From IMG/VR virus record IMGVR_UViG_3300020578_000006, positions 62,001 through 126,000 of that record: DNA of 64,000 nt; one strand, given 5' to 3'. Position 1 is the first letter of the stretch. Each line of letters begins with the position of its first letter. Shown here one piece after another: positions 17,540 to 27,200 of this stretch. Under the pieces are notes generated by a model. The model was not told where the DNA came from and did no database searches. It worked only from the letters and a program-made list of their open reading frames with translations. The translations under genes and the position numbers were made by a program.

Positions 17540-18105
17540 GACCCTGGGTAGCATTTTTCTCTCAAACAGGAACAGAGATTCATAATTTAAGCAATGAAAT
17601 AGGGGTGTATCCTGATGCTATCATTACAAATAATCCTACTATATCTAAGATTAATTCTGCTTTAAGATATGTAACAGAGTTTAGAACCAATAAACTAAAT
17701 CGAGAAATATTGCACACACTTACTTCTAAGCCAACAGTAGAAGAATATGAAAATATTTTAAGTAAATTTAAGAACCCTATACTAACTTTACACGGTTATT
17801 TAAGAATTATACCAAAACAAATTTGTGAAAAGTATGAAACTTACAATCTACACCCGGGATTAATAGACAAATATCCAGAGTTGAAAGGGTTTAACCCTCA
17901 AGAGCGTGCCTACAGGGATAACTACAAGCTAGCCGGTTGTGTTATTCACAAAGTAACACCAGAAGTTGATGAAGGAGAGATTTTAATGAGCCAAGGCATT
18001 AGTATAGAGGGGTTAACTCTTAATGAGGTCTATGAAAAATTACACGATACGGCTTTTGATCTGTGGAAAAGTTTTTTTTCCGCTTATAATGTTTTAAAGG
18101 GCTAA
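17536..18105 (+). CDS. PurN-like 10-formyl-THF formyltransferase (DpdN-like)
   Basis: FFSQTGT, LHGYLRII, NLHP (catalytic N,H), GCVIHKVTPEVDEG (catalytic D). Confidence 0.85.
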   Translation: MRPWVAFFSQTGTEIHNLSNEIGVYPDAIITNNPTISKINSALRYVTEFRTNKLNREILHTLTSKPTVEEYENILSKFKNPILTLHGYLRIIPKQICEKYETYNLHPGLIDKYPELKGFNPQERAYRDNYKLAGCVIHKVTPEVDEGEILMSQGISIEGLTLNEVYEKLHDTAFDLWKSFFSAYNVLKG

Positions 18106-18106
18106 T

Positions 18107-19072
18107 ATGGACGTTTCTTTACATTATAAAAATGTTTTTTTAAAGCCTAATTTCAATTCTGTTAAGTCGAGAAAAGAAATTGACACACATGTACAGTTTT
18201 GTGATCGGGTTTTCAGGTTACCTGTTATACCCGCTAACATGAAATGTTGTGTAGACTATGAAACTTGTCAGATGTTAGATAAAAACAACTACTTTTATAT
18301 AATGCATAGATTTGATATAGACATTTTAAACTTTGTTAAGTATGCAAATTTGCAGAACTTTCATAATGTTTCAATTAGTATCGGTATACAGGATAAAGAT
18401 AGGCACATTATTAACGAATTATCACATATTTCTCAGCTTGGTAGGTTAGATTTCATAACTATTGACGTTGCCCACGGTCATCACTCTAAGGTTTGTGGTC
18501 AAATTAAGTTTATTAAAGATAGACTCCCAGCAGTTAGAGTAATTGCGGGTAATGTAGCATCGTATAAGGGGGTAGAATATTTAAGAGACTCTGGAGCAGA
18601 CGCCGTAAAGGTAGGTATTGGTGGTGGTTATGCGTGTACTACTAAGGATAAAACAGGATTTACCCATCCTATGTTTAGTTGTATAATGGAATGTGCCCAA
18701 GACAACAATTTACCTGTTATCGCCGATGGTGGTATACGCAATAACGGTGATATTTCTAAAGCTATTGTTGCAGGAGCTACAATGGTAATGTGTGGTTCTA
18801 TATTTGCTGCATGTTCAGATAGCCCAGCCCCAATAGTTAAGGATTCCTCCGGGCATAGATACAAACAATACTACGGCTCAGCAAGTATTCACAATAAAAT
18901 TGAAAAAAGAAATATTGAAGGTACAATGAAGCTTATGGAAGCTGATACAACAACCTATTTAGAGAAGCTAGAGGAAATTGAACAAGATTTACAGAGTGCA
19001 ATAAGCTACGCAGGTGGTTGCAATCTTAAAGCTCTTAACCTACATAATGTATCTTACGGGGTAAGAATGTAA
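18107..19072 (+). CDS. guaC: GMP reductase (short, Bacillus-type)
   Basis: LPVIPANM, YFYIMHRF, TIDVAHGH, KVGIGGGYACTTK (catalytic Cys), ADGGIR, YGSAS, EQDLQSAISYAGG. Confidence 0.92.
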   Translation: MDVSLHYKNVFLKPNFNSVKSRKEIDTHVQFCDRVFRLPVIPANMKCCVDYETCQMLDKNNYFYIMHRFDIDILNFVKYANLQNFHNVSISIGIQDKDRHIINELSHISQLGRLDFITIDVAHGHHSKVCGQIKFIKDRLPAVRVIAGNVASYKGVEYLRDSGADAVKVGIGGGYACTTKDKTGFTHPMFSCIMECAQDNNLPVIADGGIRNNGDISKAIVAGATMVMCGSIFAACSDSPAPIVKDSSGHRYKQYYGSASIHNKIEKRNIEGTMKLMEADTTTYLEKLEEIEQDLQSAISYAGGCNLKALNLHNVSYGVRM

Positions 19073-19416
19073 TGGGAGAAGATTATATTAAAATTGTAGA
19101 GTCCACGTATCCAGAGACGTGTGAAGAGTTTAAAAAAATACAGAAAGAGCAATATGAAGTTTTTTGTAAGAAGCAGTTTGATTATGGGCCCCACAATATT
19201 AGTCTTGGCTCAGATCTTCACAAAAAAGAAGACATAATAGCGTCTATATCAGCAATTGTAGTAAGGTTAAACGACAAAATTCAACGGCTTATTAATATGG
19301 TTTTAAGAAAAAAAACATTTGAAGCGGCAAATGAGCCAATTTTTGATGCTTTTAGCGATACCTCTGTATATTGTATTATTGCAGAAATAGTTAAAAGAAA
19401 AAAGTGGTGTAAGTAG
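19072..19416 (+). CDS. Nucleotide modification associated domain 1 (Nmad1/DUF1599; all-alpha MazG-like)
   Basis: KKQFDYG, RLNDKIQRL, E.I.DAFSD...Y. Confidence 0.75.
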   Translation: MGEDYIKIVESTYPETCEEFKKIQKEQYEVFCKKQFDYGPHNISLGSDLHKKEDIIASISAIVVRLNDKIQRLINMVLRKKTFEAANEPIFDAFSDTSVYCIIAEIVKRKKWCK

Positions 19417-19439
19417 TAGTTGTAGTTATAATAGAGTAA

Positions 19440-20024
19440 GTGAATATTACTTTTACTGGGCCGCAGTGTTCGGGTAAGACTACTTTGCTCAAGCAAATGA
19501 AGCAGACTAGAGGTATTATGGATCAGTTTTTTTATATTGAAGAAGTTACTAGATTAGTAAAGAGGGAGTTTAATGTTAGGATAAATGAAGAAGGTGCAAA
19601 CGATATAACTCAATTGTTAATTTTAAATAAGGAACTAGAGAATTTATTTAAATACGATTATGAACTTTGGCCGGGATGTAAAGGTAATGTACATGATAGA
19701 TGCCTACTAGATGGTTTGGTATTTACAGAATATTTTTATGATAAAAAACTTGTAAGTCAGCAAATCTGGTCACAAGCGTTAAACTATTGGAATCGTTTTT
19801 ATCATAAATACGATATTATATTTTATCCCGATCCCCATGAAATAAAATTAGTCGATGACGGTGAGAGAAGTGTTGACGTAGATTTTAGAAATAATATTAT
19901 AGACAAGTATGAGAATTACTATCTAGATCAATTTCAATGGAAAGATAAAGTTGTAAGACTGAAAGGAACAGTAGAAGAGAGAATAGGGATGATTAAAAGT
20001 ATTATAGATTTTTATACAAAGTAG
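19440..20024 (+). CDS. P-loop nucleotide kinase (AAA_28/NadR-like; putative dNMP kinase)
   Basis: ITFTGPQCSGKTT Walker A, HDRCLLD, DDGER. Confidence 0.75.
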   Translation: MNITFTGPQCSGKTTLLKQMKQTRGIMDQFFYIEEVTRLVKREFNVRINEEGANDITQLLILNKELENLFKYDYELWPGCKGNVHDRCLLDGLVFTEYFYDKKLVSQQIWSQALNYWNRFYHKYDIIFYPDPHEIKLVDDGERSVDVDFRNNIIDKYENYYLDQFQWKDKVVRLKGTVEERIGMIKSIIDFYTK

Positions 20025-20032
20025 TATAAAAT
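20005..20032 (+). promoter_or_regulatory. Internal sigma70-like promoter for queF
   Basis: TAGATT-N16-TAAAAT, 7 nt before ATG 20040. Confidence 0.5.
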
Positions 20033-20039
20033 ATATTCA

Positions 20040-20957
20040 ATGAGCAATACCATTTTAGATAATAGCAATATTTCAAAGCATCTCGGTAAAATAACCGGTT
20101 ATAAATCAACATATGACCCGACGTTGTTGGTAAGAGAGCCTAGAATTAACAATAGAAAGCATTTAGGAATTACAGATGAGGATGTTCCGTTTGGTGGTTA
20201 TGATATTTGGAATGCTTATGAAGTTTCCTGCTTAACAAAAGAGGGTATGCCTATTGCTGCTATAGCTAAGATTGTTTACCCGGCTAAAAACAAATACATC
20301 GTAGAGTCAAAGTCGATAAAGCTGTATATGAATTCGTTTAATATGCAAAAGTTTGAAGGAAATATTATTTCTATTTTAATGCAACTTCAAGATACGATTG
20401 CATCTGATCTTTCTAAGCTTTTAGAAACTGACGTCAAGGTATATGTAAGATCTACCAAATCAGTAGATGATGGTTTGTATTATCCACCGGTCTTTTCAAA
20501 TAAAGACTACCCGACGTTAGAGAATTTTATTGATGTAACTACTATTAAAGCGCCTTTTTACACAGAAAATCCCGATATTTTGAGTGCTGAAAAAATTAAT
20601 GAATCTAAAGTACAAAGATTCCACTCCGCATTATTAAAAAGTAATTGCAGAGTTACTTCTCAACCTGATTGGGGAGATGTTTACATTCACTACAAGGGTA
20701 AATATGAAATTAATCCAACTTCTCTTTTACAATATATTGTTTCTTTTAGAGATGAATGTCATTTTCACGAAGAGATTTGTGAAACTATTTATATGAGAAT
20801 TTTTCGAAAGTTTTTTCCCGAAGAGCTAGTTGTTAGCTGTTTATATGTAAGACGTGGTGGTATTGATATCAATCCAACAAGGTCGAGTAATCATAGTCTT
20901 TTAGACAAATCGTTAATTGACGAGTTTAAATATTTTACAAAAACGGTCAGACAGTAA
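20040..20957 (+). CDS. queF: NADPH-dependent preQ0 (7-cyano-7-deazaguanine) reductase, long bimodular type
   Basis: DIWNAYE, ESKSIKLYMNSF (QueF motif), catalytic CRVTSQPDWG, FHEEICE, RRGGIDINP. Confidence 0.93.
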   Translation: MSNTILDNSNISKHLGKITGYKSTYDPTLLVREPRINNRKHLGITDEDVPFGGYDIWNAYEVSCLTKEGMPIAAIAKIVYPAKNKYIVESKSIKLYMNSFNMQKFEGNIISILMQLQDTIASDLSKLLETDVKVYVRSTKSVDDGLYYPPVFSNKDYPTLENFIDVTTIKAPFYTENPDILSAEKINESKVQRFHSALLKSNCRVTSQPDWGDVYIHYKGKYEINPTSLLQYIVSFRDECHFHEEICETIYMRIFRKFFPEELVVSCLYVRRGGIDINPTRSSNHSLLDKSLIDEFKYFTKTVRQ

Positions 20958-20958
20958 C

Positions 20959-21324
20959 TTAAGACAGCTTTAACAAATAACTAGTCTGATTCAATACCCC
21001 AAGCATTTCATCTCGTATGTTTAATAAGTCCGTGTCCTTTTCAGGGTTTAATCTTTGAGATATTTCCGATAAAAAGAGCTTGTACGTATCTAGCGCATCA
21101 CAAACACTAACACTTTTTATGTCAAAGAGTTCTATATTCATTTCCCCATTGGCTAACTCTACACTATCCCTACCCAGTGCCGTTTCAACAAAAGTATCAA
21201 TTAATTCATCTAAAGATTCATAAGCTTTGCCTAAAGCTTTATGTGCACTGTAACTTTTTGTCTGCCAATGAAAAACCCTTAGTTGATTTTGCATTTGAAG
21301 CAAATCTTTAACAACTGACTGCAT
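20959..21324 (-). CDS. Ferritin/Dps-like small protein (DUF5856-like)
   Basis: QLRVFHWQT.SYSAHKAL...YESLDELIDTFVE. Confidence 0.7.
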   Translation of the reverse strand: MQSVVKDLLQMQNQLRVFHWQTKSYSAHKALGKAYESLDELIDTFVETALGRDSVELANGEMNIELFDIKSVSVCDALDTYKLFLSEISQRLNPEKDTDLLNIRDEMLGVLNQTSYLLKLS

Positions 21325-21329
21325 ATTGT

Positions 21330-21335
21330 TATTTA
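21330..21335 (-). promoter_or_regulatory. Late promoter core TAAATA
   Basis: 5 nt before ATG 21324. Confidence 0.6.
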
Positions 21336-21357
21336 TTTAGTTTATATTAAATAATCT

Positions 21358-21489
21358 ATGTCTCAACAAGATCTATTAGCAAATTTTCTAGGTGATTTAG
21401 CAGATAAAATTAAGACCGCTAAAGAACATAAAAGCATTATGGAAGCAGTATATGCATCTGCTTCTGCTACCGGTCCAGTTTTTCTGTAA
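21358..21489 (+). CDS. Small hypothetical protein (43 aa, MSQQDLLANFLG...), not in ORF track
   Basis: Hand-translated; TAAATA 4 nt before ATG. Confidence 0.55.
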   Translation: MSQQDLLANFLGDLADKIKTAKEHKSIMEAVYASASATGPVFL

Positions 21490-21557
21490 ACTCTGATACC
21501 AAGTGGACTTTAAATAGCTTCTCAGAGAGTTAATATTGATACTTTTTAAAAATTCAC

Positions 21558-21563
21558 TAAATA
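21558..21563 (+). promoter_or_regulatory. Late promoter core TAAATA
   Basis: 4 nt before GTG 21568. Confidence 0.65.
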
Positions 21564-21567
21564 ACGT

Positions 21568-24249
21568 GTGAGTTTACAATCTGTTACACTAAACAACAAA
21601 ATACCGTTTACATTAGTCATTTCTAATGATTCGGAAAATATTTTGTATTGTACTAATATAAATGAACATCTTTTCAATGTTGCTATATTTGATACCAAAC
21701 ACAAACCGTTAATATTAGAATATAATGAAGAAAATAGCGAAAAATATGTCAATATTGATGTAAAAATTGGCAATAAACTCTATAAAAAGTCTATCTTTCG
21801 TGTTGTATTGACTGATAATTCTAAATTAGAATCAATCTTTAATCCCTCTTATGTAAAACCGGTAATTGTTAAGGAAAAACCAAAAATACAGATTGTAGAG
21901 GAAGTAGAAGAACCTATTAAAGAGGTAATTGTTCCTTCTACCCCAGTAATTGAACAAGAACCAATGAAATTATATCAACCTTTACAGAAGGGTAGTATAT
22001 ATGAGGTTGCTGTCAATACGACAGTCCCGATGACCTTAATTGAAAGCGGGGAAGCTGAGAATATTTTCTTTTGTAGTTCGTTTACCGATCAACTGTTTAA
22101 TATTGGCATATTTAAAACCCAGGATGCCGAACTTATTTGTGAATATTTTGAAAAAAATAGGGAAAAATTTGTATTTGTAGATCTTTTATTTGAAAATGGA
22201 GATTTATATACCAAGGTAAAATTTAAAATTATTGTAGTAGAAGATCAGGAGACTCCTATTTCCATGTTTAATTTAAAAACATTGGATCCAAATTCAAAAT
22301 CGTACGTGGAATTTACAGGTCCCAAGGAAAGACCGCCCCAGCTGGTAGAAGATATTAAAGTACCTGAACTGGTTATTACCGAAGATAAAGAACTTGTACA
22401 ACAAAAACAGGAGTATACCAAGGCTATTGAGAAGGCTCGTAATCTAGAATTACAACTAGAAGAACAAAATAAGATATTACTGGAAAAACAAAAAGAAATT
22501 CAGAAAAAAGCAGTTGTTGTAGAGGCCGCAGATGAGGTAGAAAAATTAATCTGGGAAAATATACAAACAAAACTTAATTCATTTAAGAAAGAGTTTGCTG
22601 ATGAATTTAAAAAAGACTCCAGAAAAAATTTAGATGAGTATGTTATTGAAAAACTAAAGAAAGATCTGGAGACCACCCATGAAATAGATACCAAACTTAG
22701 AGAAATAGTGGAACAAAATGAAAGCACGGCAAAAGTTAAAGACGGTATTAAGAAATATGTAGACAGGGCAGTGGAAGCTGCATTAAGAGAGGCGAAAAAA
22801 TATGCAGTTAACATGGGTGGGGGCGGTGGAGGCTCTGTAGCAGTACAATACGCCGAAGGCGGTGTAATGGATGGTCATCTCACAGTAAATGGGTTAACAG
22901 TAAAAGGCGAAGTAGAGTTTTGTGGGGATGTTTTACCGTGTGAAACTGATGTTCATAGCTTAGGATCACCAACCAAGAGATGGAAAGACTTATATGTAAG
23001 CGATAGTTCAATCTATCTAGGCAGTGTCACACTTTCTGCAGTAGGAAATACATTTGTAGTACCAGAAAATACACTTATTATTGGAGATACTATAAATGAT
23101 GGTGATTTAAATGTTTCCACTAGTATACTTTCAGCCGGGGTAGATCTTCTAGATATATTTGCACAGACTTCAGCAGGTGTTCAGTCATTAATTTGGGACC
23201 CAGTGCCCTACAATTTATCGATAACAAGTGGTAACACGGTATCGTTATTGTCCATTAAAAATGACATTCAACAATATACAGGGGATAATTTTCTTTCATT
23301 ATCTGGTGGTAGTATTACTGGAAGTTTAAATATATTTCAAGATTTAACGGTAAATGGTAATTTAACCGCCCTGGGTAATTCTTATTTTGTAGATACTATT
23401 TTTACTACAACGAGTGCGTTGTCTGTTATTAATGTCGGTAAGGGTCCAGCCTTATATGTTTATCAGGCAAAGGGCCCTTATGATATTGCAAGCTTTTTTG
23501 ACGGTGATGGTGTAGAAGTATTGCATGTTGGGAATGCAGAGCCTGATGGACGCGGTAGTATTGGTATTAATACCAGTTACCCCACAGCCGAGCTTACTGT
23601 AAATGGTGCAATAAGTTCTAATCAACTTATTACCGCTCCCGGTGGTAATAGTAATTTATGGAATAGTGTTTATAATTCAGTTACTCCAAACTCTGCGAAT
23701 TGGGATTCAGTTTACTCCAGTGTTAATACAACAAGCGCAGAGTGGGATTCGGTTTATAATTCATGGAATACGTTAAGTGGGATTTATGTCACTACTCATT
23801 ATCTTTCTACCAACAATGTATTGTTAAGCGCAGCTACAGTTATCGACGATATTAATGTTGGAGGTACCGGTTACTTTAATCATGTGGCAGCTGCCTCCAA
23901 GTCATTCTATATTCCACATCCTTCCAAGCAAGGTTTACACTTACAATATGGATCATTGGAGTCACCTTACCATGGGGTAAGATTAACCGGTAAAGCCACT
24001 ATTAAAACACAATGTGCAATTAAATTACCGGATTATATCAAAGATTTAGTACATAAATCCGATACAAATGTACAGTTGACCAATATAAACCATACAAAAC
24101 CTTTGTATGTGTCCGAAATTAATACAGAGGAAAACTACTTTATAGTGAAGAGAAACCATGGGTTATTCGATAAGAATAAAGAATTTAGCTTTTATTGGTC
24201 TTTTACCGCTATTAGAAAAGATATACCCGCTTTGCAAATAGAAATATAG
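21568..24249 (+). CDS. Chimeric fiber-like virion protein with C-terminal chaperone-like domain
   Basis: Duplicated ~85-aa N-terminal domain, coiled coil, Gly hinge, SLGSPTKRWKDLY fiber motif, C-terminal KSFYIPHP...LESP domain. Confidence 0.6.
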   Translation: MSLQSVTLNNKIPFTLVISNDSENILYCTNINEHLFNVAIFDTKHKPLILEYNEENSEKYVNIDVKIGNKLYKKSIFRVVLTDNSKLESIFNPSYVKPVIVKEKPKIQIVEEVEEPIKEVIVPSTPVIEQEPMKLYQPLQKGSIYEVAVNTTVPMTLIESGEAENIFFCSSFTDQLFNIGIFKTQDAELICEYFEKNREKFVFVDLLFENGDLYTKVKFKIIVVEDQETPISMFNLKTLDPNSKSYVEFTGPKERPPQLVEDIKVPELVITEDKELVQQKQEYTKAIEKARNLELQLEEQNKILLEKQKEIQKKAVVVEAADEVEKLIWENIQTKLNSFKKEFADEFKKDSRKNLDEYVIEKLKKDLETTHEIDTKLREIVEQNESTAKVKDGIKKYVDRAVEAALREAKKYAVNMGGGGGGSVAVQYAEGGVMDGHLTVNGLTVKGEVEFCGDVLPCETDVHSLGSPTKRWKDLYVSDSSIYLGSVTLSAVGNTFVVPENTLIIGDTINDGDLNVSTSILSAGVDLLDIFAQTSAGVQSLIWDPVPYNLSITSGNTVSLLSIKNDIQQYTGDNFLSLSGGSITGSLNIFQDLTVNGNLTALGNSYFVDTIFTTTSALSVINVGKGPALYVYQAKGPYDIASFFDGDGVEVLHVGNAEPDGRGSIGINTSYPTAELTVNGAISSNQLITAPGGNSNLWNSVYNSVTPNSANWDSVYSSVNTTSAEWDSVYNSWNTLSGIYVTTHYLSTNNVLLSAATVIDDINVGGTGYFNHVAAASKSFYIPHPSKQGLHLQYGSLESPYHGVRLTGKATIKTQCAIKLPDYIKDLVHKSDTNVQLTNINHTKPLYVSEINTEENYFIVKRNHGLFDKNKEFSFYWSFTAIRKDIPALQIEI

Positions 24250-24280
24250 AATAAATAGCATCAAATTGCCGTAAAAATAA

Positions 24281-24286
24281 TAAATA
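24281..24286 (+). promoter_or_regulatory. Late promoter core TAAATA
   Basis: 4 nt before GTG 24291. Confidence 0.65.
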
Positions 24287-24290
24287 TTAC

Positions 24291-27200
24291 GTGGCTGACC
24301 GTAATGTATTAATATCTCCGGGTGAAGGTTATATATTTTTCGATAGGAGCAATACTGGCTCTTCGACAAAATATGCAGGGGTTTCTGCCGATCTTAGCGT
24401 ACAAATCCAATATAATGATCTTGGTGGGTTAGAGTTTAGTACACCTGCTACTAACAATTCAACAGTTTCTATAAGTGGTGGAAATATCGTAGCTAATAGA
24501 AATATTACCGGGTTTACCATTTTTGAGAATCACTTAAATACAAATAGTGATGACTGGGCATCAGTTTATTCTTCAGTTCAAACAAATTCATCTGATTGGA
24601 ATGGAGGCGGAAGCCTTTATACAGTAGTTACAGAAAATAGTGCAAACTGGAACAGCGTTTATACTTCTGTAAGTGAAACTAGTGCTGACTGGGATTCAAC
24701 TTACACATCGGTCTCCGAAACATCGGCTGACTGGGATAGTACATATACATCGGTTTCAGAGACAAGCGCTGATTGGGATTCAACGTATACATCGGTCTCC
24801 GAAACATCAGCTGACTGGGATAGTACATATACATCGGTATCTGAAACATCGGCTGATTGGGATAGTACTTACACTTCAGTTTCAGAGACGAGTGCTGACT
24901 GGGATTCAACTTATACCTCCGTTAGTGAAACATCAGCTGACTGGGACAGTACATATACTTCTGTTTCAGAAACATCGGCTGACTGGGATTCAACTTATAC
25001 CTCCGTTAGTGAAACCAGTGCTGATTGGGATATTACATATACTTCTGTAAGCGAAACATCAGCTGACTGGGATAGTACGTATACTTCTGTTTCAGAAACA
25101 TCGGCTGACTGGGATAGTACGTATACTTCTGTTTCAGAAACATCTGCTGATTGGGATAGTACCTATACATCGGTATCTGAAACATCAGCTGATTGGGATT
25201 CGACTTATACTTCCGTAAGCTTAAATAGCGCCGATTGGGATAGTACATATACTTCTGTTTCAGAAACATCAGCTGATTGGGATTCGACTTATACTTCCGT
25301 AAGCTTAAATAGCGCCGATTGGGATAGTACATATACTTCTGTTTCAGAAACATCTGCTGATTGGGATAGTACATATAGTTCAGTTAGCCTAGTAAGTGCC
25401 GATTGGGACAGTTCAATTTACGACATTTATGGTACAACACACCAAATAACCGTTGTAACAGCAGGTACAAATAACAGAGATAATAGCGTTACTTTAAGTT
25501 TCCCGACAAGTGTATTTTTCCCAGGTAGTGTTAGTATAGCAGGTAACCTAACAATCTCTGGATCTGCCGCACAAATAGATGTAGATCACTTAGTAGTTAA
25601 AGATAATATAATTTATTTTGCAGAAGATAACCCAGCAAATGTTTTAGATATCGGATGGGTTGGCGCATTTACAGAAATTGGCGATGATGCTGGGTACCAA
25701 CATACAGGTTTGATTAGAAGAGCAGGCCAAGGCCGCCCTGGTACATGGACATTATTCTCTGGGCTTACAACAGAACCTGCATCTGCTGCAAATATTAATT
25801 GGGATGATTATTATTTTACAATAGACACTCTAAGAGCTAACCTATCTGGTACAGTGTTAGTACCTGGTGGCGGGTCTTCATTTGACTGGGATAGTGTATA
25901 TGCTAATGTTCAAGCAAATTCAGCTGGTTGGAGCGGAGGAGGAAGCCTTTATACAGTAGTTACAGAAAATAGTGCAAACTGGAACAGCGTTTATACATCA
26001 GTAAGTGAGACTAGCGCTGACTGGGATTCAACTTACACATCGGTCTCCGAAACATCGGCTGACTGGGATAGTACCTATACATCGGTTTCACAAACATCTG
26101 CTGATTGGGATAGTACCTATACTTCTGTAAGTGAGACTTCAGCTGATTGGGATAGTACCTATACATCAGTAAGTGAAACATCAGCTGACTGGGATTCAAC
26201 TTATACTTCCGTTAGCGAGACCAGCGCCGATTGGGATAGCACATACACATCTGTAAGCGAAACATCGGCTGATTGGGATTCAACCTACACTTCTGTTAGT
26301 GAAACCAGTGCTGATTGGGATAGCACTTACACCTCAGTAAGTGAGACCAGTGCTGACTGGGATTCAACCTATACATCAGTAAGTGAGACCAGCGCCGATT
26401 GGGATTCGACTTATACTTCTGTAAGCTTAAATAGCGCCGATTGGGACAGTACATACACATCAGTAAGTGAGACCAGCGCCGATTGGGATTCGACTTATAC
26501 TTCTGTAAGCTTAAATAGCGCCGATTGGGACAGTACATACACATCAGTAAGTGAGACCAGCGCCGATTGGGATTCGACTTATACTTCTGTAAGCTTAAAT
26601 AGCGCCGATTGGGACAGTACATACACATCAGTAAGCGAAACATCAGCTGACTGGGATTCAACCTATACATCAGTTTCACAAACATCTGCCGATTGGGATA
26701 GTGTCTATACATCGATGTCACTTAATAGTAGTTATTGGCTCGATATATCTGAAGCTAGTACAGAATTCTTAAAGGTATCTGGTGGTACTATTATAGAGGT
26801 TGGTGGTGAAGGTGGCTCGTTAGTCATAACAAATGATTTGACTGTCGATCCAACTAATCATGTATTGTTTGTTGATAAGTCACTTCAAAGAGTAGGTATA
26901 CTAAATTCAACACCTGATCGCGCTCTACACGTTAATGGAGATATCGAAGGATCTATTGGTTACTTTACACATATTGCAGCCGGCACAAAGTCATTCTATA
27001 TCAAACACCCTATTGATAGCAACAAACATCTACAATACGGATCATTGGAGTCTCCTTATCACGGTATAAGACTGACTGGTGAAGCAGAAATTACTGGCTC
27101 TACTGCAAAAATCGTTCTACCTTCTTATGTCTATGCTTTAGTACATGATAGTAATCTCAATGTTCAATTGACGAACTTCAAACACAAAAAACAACTCTGG

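Noticed and set aside
24648-26738. 42-bp repeats as a CRISPR array
   Set aside because: Units are contiguous with no unique spacers, in frame within a long ORF, and vary at synonymous positions
24648-26738. Thr/Ser-rich repeats as an ice-binding protein
   Set aside because: 14-residue W/Y/V periodicity fits a two-heptad coiled coil better than TxT beta-solenoids; protein ends in a fiber chaperone-like domain
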